Source: Eledone cirrhosa (Eukaryota). Taken from it: 64,000 nt of DNA. Below, one piece after another: positions 41,766-53,136 of the stretch. The notes below the pieces were generated by a model. It made no database searches. It was not told the DNA's origin and saw only the letters and a program-made list of their open reading frames with translations. The stretch's first letter is position 1; each line of letters opens with the position of its first letter. The DNA lies in contig OZ024743.1 in assembly GCA_964016885.1 (NCBI GenBank), forward strand, positions 238,080,001 through 238,144,000. The letters run 5' to 3'. The translations under genes were made by a program, and so were the position numbers.

Positions 41766-44700
41766 CAACAATAAGAGCATCAGAAACACCACATTTGCTG
41801 CAGCAGCAGCAAAAACAAAGCGCTTATTGAATATTGATATTGATATTAGCGATAAAGACGAACAGTTGGCCAAAGCGTGGAGGCTAATTAAACGGGAGAA
41901 GTCCTGGGCAAACCTGACCATCCCGGACGAGGCAATAGCGGTCATGCAAAGGAGGACGGTGCTCTTTCGATGTATTTCGGTGCAGACACGAAAAGTGGAA
42001 CTTGCGAGCCAAGCAGAGGTAGAGGCTGCTTTGGAGTTCACCGGAAGTAACATAGAGTACAAAGCAAGAGGCAAACAGTTCGGTACCATCTCGGTACTGT
42101 TCAAAACCGAGGCCCTCGCTATTAAGCACTCGGTGACCCCCTGCAGAACGGAACGCATTATCATGCATCCGTCCTATATGGGTAAAAGGACAGTGAAGGT
42201 ACGCATTCCCAACATCCCACCAGGAATGAACATATGGTGGCTACTGGGATGCGTAATCGAGGAGGGGACAGACACTGCCCTCCTAGACATCAAAAGGACA
42301 GAGAGAGAGGACTGGTCCGGAATGGATTTGGAGATTCTTCTCCAAATGAAACCGGAAGATATGAATAACATCCCGGATTTTGCCCGCCTGCAGGATGGGA
42401 CAACAATCCAACTAATGATTGACGGAAGAAGGCCACGCTGCTTCGTCTGCGGGGAAGCAACGCATCTTCAAGCCTTCTGCCCTCAGCGCAAAAATGCAGG
42501 GGGTCGCAAACCTCCTTTGTTGCCAACGCCAGTGTCATCACGGAAAGCTGCACCACCACTACCACCAACATCAACATCAACAAAAACACGGACACCAACA
42601 TCAAAAGCAGCCGGATCACCACCAACACCAAAACCAATCCAAGGAGAAAACGAGGAAAGCTCTCCCACTCCCCCTACCCCCCAATTATACACATAGACAA
42701 AACAATAAACGCACACACAAACACAGAGACACTCACAGACACAGACCCGTTGTCTTCCAGCAGCGAAGATGAAGGAAAACCCAAAAGTGCAAAAAAACAG
42801 AGAAAACAGACAAAAACAAAAGGCCCAACAAAATACAAAAACACACACAACAAAAAATACAGACACCACTAACGCAAACACTTCCCCAATAACATCATCA
42901 CCAACAGCAACATCGACACCGCCTCCACAATCCCCGAAACGCAAACAACCTAAACAAACACAAGTACAAATAAACACACAAATACCTGAAATTGCAGACA
43001 CCACACCTACAACAAACATAGACATACCCGAAACAACACCACCAAAACCATCGCCACCACCTTCACCAAAACGAAAACAAATAAAACCACACCAACAAAA
43101 TGTTAAAAACTACGTGCTTGTCAGAAGGGCCAACGATAAACTGATGGCCCTCTTAGCGCGAAGCGAGGACATTCAAACAGAGGGGGAGATTTTTGAAATG
43201 AGCACATTTTGCGTGCCAGAAGATTTGCTTCTGGTCCGAATGTCACTCAATTCCTTCAAAGAAATTCGAGAGAGCTTTCCTCAAGACGTGGGAACTCCGA
43301 ATGTGAAACCCACATCAAGACTTTTAAAGGGGTTCCCAAAAGAAACCCCACCAACCATGGAGGTCGAACCACCCGACCTTCACAAGACCCGGGAGGTAAG
43401 TAAACCTTCCCTCTCTCTCTCTCTTAGCTTACCAATATGGCCATATTAAGAGTAGGCAGTTTAAATGTTCGCGGCCTGGGGTCACCCTGGAAGCAGGGTC
43501 GCTTGCTCAACGACCTCCGGTCGCTAGAAATGGATGTGATTGCCGTAAGCGAGACCAGAATTTCCGACACGCGCGCACTAGCCCCCATTTTCGACGACTA
43601 TCAGACCTTCGCATCTGTTAGCAGGCCGGGAATGGGGGGTGGGGTGGCAGTGCTGTTTAGGAAAGGACTGGATCTCGAGGTAAGGTCGATCTTCCGGGAC
43701 CCGGACGGTAAGTTGGTGGTCTTGGATGTGAGCAGTAGCGAAGGTGGTGCCTTTAGACTGCTGGCCGTCTACGCCCCTACAGGGGCCGGACGACCTGACT
43801 TCTTTAGGCGCCTGGAGACCTTTCTGGGTACGTCTCGCCCTTTACTGTTAGCGGGGGACTGGAATGGCAGGGATTGTGTGGGAGTAGCCGATAGGAGCGG
43901 GGGGTGCAAAAGCCTCAAGCACCTACTCAGCCAGTTCCAACTGTCTGACAGGTATCGACTAGATTTCGCCAATGTGCCAGTATGGACATGGACCAACCGA
44001 ATGGGGTCATCTAGATCGTATATAGACAGGATCTTCATTAGAAAAATAGATAGAAATAGTGTGGGCTGTCCACTTTTTAAAACGGTCGCCTATTCAGACC
44101 ACAAATTTGTGATCTGTACGGTCGACCTAAATAAAACGCGTAGGTTAGGACCGGGTTACTGGAAGCTGAACAGGTCAATTCCGGCACGTAAGGCTTACAG
44201 GGACCGAGTCAACAAGTTAGTTAAGCAAAAGTTGACAGGGGTAATCATCAACAACAGATGGTAGGGGGCTCTCAAAAGAGAGATTAGAGTAACTTCGATA
44301 GAGTTCAGCAAAGAACTAGCGTTAGAGAAAAATAGAAAGCAGGGGGAGTTGGTAGATAAGTTAGACGAGGCTATTTGTAGTGGCATCGCAACTGACGTGC
44401 TAGCGGCGAGAATGGCATTAGACCATTTTTTCAATGCCAAACATGAAGGTTGCATTGTCAGAGCTAAGGCGCGTGCGCTGAGAAACGAGGGAACTAAAGC
44501 TGTTCGATGGGCCCGCGTGGCGGAGGCGCAGCGTGGTAATAAAACCACAATTCGGTCTTTGGCGGACCGAAACGGACACGAGATAAGCGATTCCAAGCGG
44601 ATGTGTGAGGCCTTTCGCCAACACTTTGCTCGGTTGTTCAGGGAGAGTGGCGAGTCAGAGAGAGTAGCGGATTTCAGTCCCTACCTTGACAGCTTGCCGC

Positions 44701-47114
44701 GCATCTCGACGGTCGACGCTGAGCGCTGCGAAAGGCCGATTACTTCAGCCGAAATTCAGGACGCCCTTGTCGGCTGCATGAGGCGCAAGTCACCCGGTTT
44801 GGATGGCCTGCCCTACGAGCTTTACGTAAATATGCCAGACTTGTTCTCCGAACTCCTCGAAGCACTCTACTGCAACTGGCAGCAGAATGGGAGTATTCCC
44901 AGTTCTGTGAGCAGGTGAGTGGTGACGCTGATAAGGAAAGACGAGAACAAGAGGGATACATTAGACAACTTCAGGCCCATAACTCTGCTCAACACAGAGT
45001 TTAAGATTTTGGCCAAGGTGTTAGCAAAGAGATAGGCGCTTGTCGTCGAGGATTTGGTTGGGGAGGCGCAAACTTGCGCAATCCCAGCCAGGTCCATACA
45101 CAACAATCTCCACCTCATGCGATACATCATAGAGAGAGTAGGGTGTAAACCTGGCTTCGGTGGGGCACTGATCAATTTAGATCAATCGAAAGCATTCGAT
45201 AGGGTCGATCATCGGTACCTGGAGTTTGTCCTCAAAGCAGCTGGCTTCGGCCCTGTCTTTAGAAGCTGGATCGTTGCAATGCACAGCGGCACACGCTCGC
45301 TGGTCAAGGTTAATGGCCACCTCTCGGAACCATTTCGGCTCTCCCGATCGGTCCGTCAAGGGTTCCCTCTCTCTTCCCTTCTGTACGTATTGACTCTCGA
45401 GCCTTTACTGCGGAAGCTGGAGCTGTTGCAGGGCATCCCGCTCGAACCGGGACGTGGAAAGGCGGTGTCGGCTTATGCGGCCGACATCACCGTGATGGTG
45501 TCGAACACCTCAGAAATCGAGGTGGTCGGCACCTTATTGAAGGAATATGAAAGGTTGACAGGAGCCAAACTTAACCCGGAAAAGTCGGTGGGCTTGCAGC
45601 TCGGAACCTGGAGAGGCAAGCCCATGCCGTCCAACAGCGTCGTGGGGCGCTGGACGGACGGACCGGTAAAGTTGCTCGGAGTTTGGTTCGGACCTGACCT
45701 CCAGGTGAAAAAGAATTGGGACGAGGTAACGAGCAGAGTAGCCAGTCTCACCCAAAAATGGGCTGGGAGGAAGCTATCACTGAAAGGTCGCGCGGAGGTG
45801 GCGAATGCGTACATCGCGTCCGTCATCTACTACCGCCTAACCGTCGTGCCTTGCCCCCGTCCGCGCCTCGTCAAGTTGGAACGGCTCCTCTTCAAATTCT
45901 TGTGGAGGGGACAAGTTCCGTTGGTGAGGCGGTCCATCTGCTGCCAGCACCCTCTACGCGGAGGGCTGGGCATGCCGTGGCTAATGATGCGCAGACATGC
46001 GTTGAGGCTGCGACATCTCCAGATATTCTGCCTCAATGGTGAACAGGTGTGGTCGCCGTTTATCAGACGGGCCTTTCCGCAGCTCATTTCTTTGACTGAG
46101 CTGCAGTCCTGGGTCAAGAAGAGACCGAGACTGGGTGACTGGCACCTGGAATGTTGCCAGGCTCTCACTGCCCTCTACCAAGCTGGCAATGCAATCAGTG
46201 GAACTTCCACTCTCGAGTTCTATAGAGGATTCGTGGTGGGCAAGTGCGATGACGCACTCGGAGAAGCTTTGGGCCTCGACGAAGTCGAACTGACCAGTCT
46301 GTACCGGAGGACTTTTGAGCCGGGGACGATGGACAATTTCCAGAAATCCCTCGCTTGGCAGTGCTACCGGGAGGCACTGCCGGTTCGGGATAAACTCTAC
46401 AGGCACGGAAGTGCTGTCAGACGGACCTGCCCAAGATGCGCACAGAACGACGAAACCGTTCTGCACGCACTTGTCCAATGTCCGTGCATTACTGACTTGT
46501 GGAGTTATGACGAACAGCTACTGTCGCGTGTGGAACGAATCCGGCTATCGAGCCGCCACCTTCCTTAGGTCAGGAAGAGCAGGAAATTTTCCTCTGTCTG
46601 GTGGCAGTTGCGAAAGAGATTATATGGTGGACCAGGTTGAAAGGACTAAAGACAGACACTTTTCTCTTCGGCCAATCCCTCTTCAACTTCTTCAAGTTTC
46701 ACCTGGAAAGGAGGGTGAGGGTGGAGAGAGAAGTGCTTCCCCCCAATACATTTGCTAAAAGGTGGGTGAATGTGGCGAGAATGGTTCGTGTGAATGGGCC
46801 TGCTCTGACCATGCGCCTATAGGCTGGCTAACTTGAGGAGAGGGGTGCTCTCCTGGGTGCCCTAGAAGCGCAGGGTGGTTCAGGATTGGTGGGGTACCCG
46901 AATCACCCCAGGGTCGTCCACCCCTATCGGGGAATTTATTTTGTTGTATTTATGCATAGTTTATTTTATATTTTTATATTTTCATTGTTAAATTAATCTT
47001 GCCATTGTGCACTTTTACTCGACCTTATTGTAAACCCCCACTATCCCTGTCTTTGTATTGTCCCCTACATGTCGGCCCTTGTGGCTAATAAATGAAATCA
47101 TTATTATTATTATT
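41766..47114 (+). mobile_element. Tx1-like retrotransposon, copy 3 (most divergent, 5'-truncated)
   Basis: ORF1 41827-43449 (CFVCGEATHLQAFC); ORF2 43437-46822 (SLNVRGL, SETR, GDWN, SDH; QGFPLS, YAAD; CCHC finger) with stops; (ATT)n tail. Confidence 0.92.
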
Positions 47115-50100
47115 GAATGCTATGGTTGACGGAGGCTCGGCTCTGTAAATTTTGACCGCTATAACAATTGTAAATTGTTTAAAACTTTAACCAACTTGTA
47201 GACAAAAACACCCTCCTCCTTGTGAGAGGGGTCTTTCTGCCCGTTATTTGGCCCTTCGGGGTTATATAACCGCCTATTGGGGTTTTGTGCCCAATATTTA
47301 TTTTAAACAAAAAAACAACATGGCTACGAAAAAGAATTTTCATAGGTCACTCCCACTCATTCCGTCTTCTTCTTCCTCAATCGTCACTACAGCAGAGAGA
47401 AGATTGTCTCTCTCCCTCCCCTCTCTAAATGTGTCTCTCTCCCTCCCTTCTCTTTCGCAAGCGACGCCAGAAAAGAAAAATCACGTGCAAAGCGAGCAAG
47501 ATTTCTCCACGACGACGACGACAACGACGAAACAGGTGTGCGGGAAATACGAAAACCCATTTCATTCGTCTGACGTCAGGAATAATAGCAGTAGCAGCCG
47601 TAATAACAGCAGCAACAGTGACAAGGAAAACAACAGTAGCAGCCGCAACAGCATCAGCAGCAGCATAAACAACAACAGCATTAGCAGCAACAACAACAGC
47701 AGCAGCAGCAACAACAACAACAACCACAGCAACAGCGGCGGGGGCAGTAGTCGTAGTACCTGCAGCAACAACAAAAGTAACAGCAGCTCTGACGACAACA
47801 ACAACAACAACAGCAGCAAAGAAAAACCAATCTCGTTTGCAGGTATCGCAAAGAACCTGGAAACCATCCTCATAACAAATGAGGAATTAGAGGAAGCGAA
47901 GAAGATGGTGACAAAAACTGGACACCGAGCAATCTGCAAGGCAGCGGAAAATTTTTTCGAAACCCAACAGCACTGTACGGTCACGTACCGTACAGTAAGT
48001 ACAAAATCCCGTAGGGTTGAAAGAGCCACAGAAGCTCAAATACAAAAAGCCTGGGGGTCTGTGTGGCAGCGGAAAACGCACATCACCCGAGGCAAGAAAT
48101 ATGCCACAGTAGACGTACTTTTTGCCACACCCCAGGAGGCAAAGGCTCAATCCTTAGTGACCCTAAGGAGCGAGGAAATAGTGTTGGTGCCCTCCTACTG
48201 GGGGCAAAAAATTGTGATGGTCAAACTGACCCCCCCCCCCCCCCCGATGGGCCATTCTTGGCTGGCCGCGTCTGTCCTCGTCGGAATCGAGGACAAAACA
48301 ACTGTACTGCAAGTACAGAAAAAAGTAAGAGAAGTTTGGGTCGGCACCTCCATTGAGATGTTAATCCAAACCAACCAGGAGTGCATCGAAGCTATCCCGG
48401 ATGTGATAGACTTCGATAACGGCACTCAACTGCCCATAAGTGTTGAGGGCAAACGCCCGAAATGCTTTCGCTGTGGATCGAAGACTCACCTCAGGGCCTT
48501 CTGCAACGAGAAGACCCTGAGAAAGGAGAAAACCCCCCTCCTTCCGAAACCGGCTCCACGGCTCCAGCAACAGGACAAGCGGCAACCAGGAACGATAGGT
48601 CCGTGGCACCCATACCCACGCCACGGAAATCAAAAACAGCAGCAGCAGTGGAAGGATTAACAACAACAACAACAGCAATACCAAATGCAGCTGCAACAGA
48701 GACTCCAGGGCAAACATCACCAACAACAACAAGTGAAAGTGTGGAGCTGGTACCCCTCCCCGACCTCACAGAATCAGACATGGAGTGTGAGGTGGGAGAG
48801 GGATGGCAAAAGGTCGTAAGAAGGCACAAACGCAGAAGCAGCGCATCGTCGCCTTCGAAAAGGGAGGAAAGAAATGAAAAAAGGGTAAAGGCTACTGCAA
48901 AGAGACTCACAGCAGCAACACCACCAACACCATCACCACCCACACTAGCACCACCATCACCACCGGCGACAACCCTACCGCCAACAACACCTTCAACACC
49001 ACCACCACAAGCACCAACATCGCAAACACAACAACAAAACACACACACCCAGCAACAACGACAAGAAAATAGCAGAACCACACCCCTCCCCCAGAAAAAC
49101 AATGCACGGCAATAAATACACACAACAAGAAACTAGTGACTTACATAATTGAACACACAGACATTTCACAACACGACTACATAATACCAGCACCAATCAA
49201 AACGCCAACTAACATAAGACTGCTAAAAATAGCACAGAAACAATACACAAACATTAAAACGAAATTCCCCAACGCAGTTGGTGATTTCAGAGACCTAGGA
49301 GGGACCCTCAACCGAAGAGTATATTGGGACATACTCATAGAAGAGCCGACGGCCAGCCGAAGGGACGATTCAACGGTCCCTTCACCAGACGATCAAGTGA
49401 AAAGGGATGGAAAAACCATCCCTCCTCTACGAAAAGTACGGTAAGTGGTCTTTCCCATCTTTTCCACTCTATTTTAAACATGACCTCACTCAGAATAGGC
49501 AGCATAAATGCGCGTGGCTTGGGGTCGTCATGGAAGCAGGGTCACCTGCTCAACGACCTCAGGTCACTAAACATAGATGTAGTGGCCATCAGCGAGACCA
49601 GAATCTCCGAAGCACGGGCCTTCGCACCGATCTTCGGCGGCTACGAAGTGTACGCATCTCCCAGCCGTCCTGGATCAGGGGAGGAGTTGCTGTGCTTTTT
49701 CAGAGAAGTTTGGATCTCGCCATACCGGCCATCTTCCTGGACCCAGAGGGTAAGTTGGTGGTGCTGGACGTGACCAGCGGAGACGTGCAAGCTTTCAGGC
49801 TAGTGGCCGTCTATGCCCGACAGGAGCAGGACGGCCTGATTTCTTCCGGCGTCTGGAGACCTTTCTTGGAACGTCCCGCTCTTTAGTGTTAGTGGGCGAC
49901 TGGAACGAGATCTTAGATGCACGCTGGGACTGTGTGGGATTAGCAGATAGGGGTGGAGGGTGCAAGAGCTTCACCAACCTGCTCAGGCGTTTTGAACTGT
50001 CTGACAGGCACCGATTGGATTTCCCGAATGTGCCAATGTGGACTTGGACAAATCGCATAGGGTCATCCAGATAATATCTAGATAGAGTATTTTGTAGGGA

Positions 50101-53100
50101 AATAGATAGGTCTAGCATAGGCTGTCCACAATTCAAGATAGTCAGCTACAGGGACCACAAATTCGTGATCTGTGTGCTTGACTTAGATAGGCTTCATAGA
50201 CGATACCCGGCTACTGGAAGCTAAACGCGTCCTTACCAGCGCGCAAGGCCTACAGAGACCGGATTAGCGAACTAGTTAAGCGGGCGTTGACGGGGGACAT
50301 CGTCAACAACAAGTGGTGGTTTGCTCTGAAAAGAGCAATTAGAATAGAATCGATTAGGTTCAGTAAGGCTTTAGCAATAGAGAAAAATAGAGCAGAGGGA
50401 GAACTAGTTAGAAAATTAAAACGAGGCGCTTAGCAAAGGCATTGCGACCGACGTGCTTGCGGCGAAATTGGCCCTTGACCAATTCTTCAATGCAAAGCAC
50501 GAAGGCTGCGTTGTCAGAGCTAGGGTGCGTGCTCTCAGACACGAGGGGACGAAAGCCGTTCAATGGGTCCGAGTGGCGGAGGAGCGTCGTGGCAACAAAG
50601 CCACGATCCGGTCTTTGGTGGACCACGACGGGCGCATGCTACTCGATCCCGGGCAAATGTGTGAAGCTTTTCAGCGATACTTCGCTCAGCTGTTCGGGGG
50701 CAGTGGTGGACAGGGTCGAGGGATGGACTTTAGTGTCTACTTCGACGGACTGCCACGGCTCTCGGCCACTGAGGCGGAGTGTTGCGAAAAGCCGATAACA
50801 GCCGCTGAAGTAAGGGAGGCAATGACTGGCTGCACAAGGGGTAAATCGCCTGGTTTGGATGGTCTGCCATATGAACTTTACGTACAGATGCCAGACTTGT
50901 TCGGAGGCCTCTTGGCGGACGTCTACTGCAACTGGCAACAGAACGGGAGTATTCCCAGTTCTGTGAGCCGAGGAGCGGTGGCACTGCTGAGAAAGGATCC
51001 GAACAAGGGGGATAACATAGATAATTTCCGGCCCATAACTCTGCTAAACACAGAGTTCAAGATTTTGGCCAAGGTGCTAGCAAAGAGGTTGGCGCTTGTC
51101 GTTGGTGGTCTGGTGAGAGAGGCGCAGACATGCGCCATTCCCGACAGATCCATCCACGACAACCTCCACCTCATGCGATACATCGTAGAGAGGGTAGCTA
51201 GGGAACATGGCACGGGTGGGTCCTTGATCAATTTAGATCAGTCGAAAGCTTTCGATAGGGTAGACCATCGTTACCTAGCGGCAGGCCTGAGGGCGGCTGG
51301 ATTTGGGCCCGTCTTCAGAGGTTGGATCGCTGCCATGCACAGCGACATTTGCTCTGTGGTGAGAGTGAACGGTCACCTTTCGGAAGCGTTCAAGATCATG
51401 CGCTCGGTCCGCCAAGGATGTCCTCTCTCGTCCCTCTTGTACGTATTGACTCTCGAGCCATTACTGCACAAACTAGAGACGTTGAGGGGCGTCCCGCGCG
51501 AACTAGGATGCGGAAGATCCGTGTCAGCATATGCGGACGATGTCACCGTAGTGGTGTCGAACGCCAAACACATCGAGGCGATCGGCACTACACTAAGAGA
51601 ATACGAAGCGGTGACAGGAGCAATGATCAACCAGGAAAAGTCAGTGGGCCTGCAGCTCGGCACCTGGAGAGGCAGGTCCATGCCGTCCAACAGCGTCGTT
51701 GGACGCTGGACGGACGGACCGGTTAAATTGCTAGGGGTCTGGTTCGGTCCGGACCTCCAGACGGACAAAAACTGGGACGAGGTGACGAGCAGGGTGGCTT
51801 CTCTCACCCAGAAATGGGCGGAGAGGAAGCTATCCCTGAAAGATCGAGCGGAGGTGGCTAACACGTACATCGCGTCTGTCATCTGTTACCGCCTGACCGT
51901 CGTACCTTGTCCTAAGCCCCGCCTGACTGCGCTGGAGCGTTTGCTCTTTCGCTTTTTGTGGAAGGGACGCGCTCCGATGGTCAGGCGGTCCATCTGCTGT
52001 CAACACCCGCTACGTGGAGGGCTGGGAATGCCGTGGCTGATGATGCGCAGACACGCGCTCAGGCTACGACATCTCCACCTCTTCCTCGACGGTGATCAGG
52101 TGTGGTCGCCGTTTGCTAGACACGTATTTCCCCAGCTCGTTTCCTTGACGGAGTTGCAGTCCTGGGTCAAGCGAAGACCGAGAGGGAGCGCCTGGAGACT
52201 GGAATGTCTTCAGGCGCTCACAGCCCTCGACCAATCGGGAAATGTGATCGGTGGAAACTCCACCTCGGCGTTCTATAGAGGATTAGTGGAGGGGAAGAGC
52301 GACGACGTACTTGGGGAAACTCTAGGCGTCGACGAAAATCAACTAGCCAATCTCTTCGGAAGAACTTTCGGGCCAGGGCCTATGGACAACTTCCAGAAAT
52401 CTCTGGCCTGGCAGTGCTACCGAGGAGCCTTGCCAGTTCGGGATAAACTCTACAGGCATGGAGGTGCCGTCAGCCGGGCATGTCCGAGATGCGCGCAGGG
52501 CGACGAAACCGTCCTGCACGCACTCGTCCAGTGTCCGAAAATTGCTGACTTTGGGTTTATATCGAACACCTGCTGTCGCGTGTAGGACGGATCCGGCTAT
52601 CATCTGAGTCCATCGTGAGGATTACTCCGCCCTCCTCCTTTAGCCGGGAAGGGCAGGCAGTTTTTATCTGTCTGGTGGCCATGGCGAAAGAGATAGTATG
52701 GTGGACACGTTTGAAAGGGCTGAAGACGAGCACTTACCTCTTCGGTGATGCCCTGATTGCCTTTTTCAAATTTCATTTGAAAAGGAAAATCAGAGTAGAG
52801 AGGGAAGTGCTCTCTTCCCAGCATTTTGTTGAAAGATGGGTGAGAGAAGCAAGAATGGCCCGAGTGAATGGGCCTACTCTGAGTATATATCTGTAAATTA
52901 AAGGTGGAAAACTGGGAGAGGGCACTTGCCTTGGTGGTCAGGGTCACTGTGGCCTTTTACTGGGCTTTCTCCACAAATGTCCCTCCGAAGTCTCCCCTCT
53001 ATTGGGGAATTTTTCATTGTTATTTTTTGTTACATCCTCTGTTTTTGTTTTTTACACGCCCATTTGTACCGTATTGTATTGTCCTGCACTGTCCTTAATG

Positions 53101-53136
53101 TCTACTTTATGTAAACCCTTGTGGTTAAAAAAGAAA

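Noticed and set aside
47425-49196. Long antisense ORFs over Tx1-like ORF1 (also 36350-37807 and 42290-43025)
   Set aside because: V/L/C-rich mirror translations of AAC/ACC-rich sense sequence; not conserved between copies.
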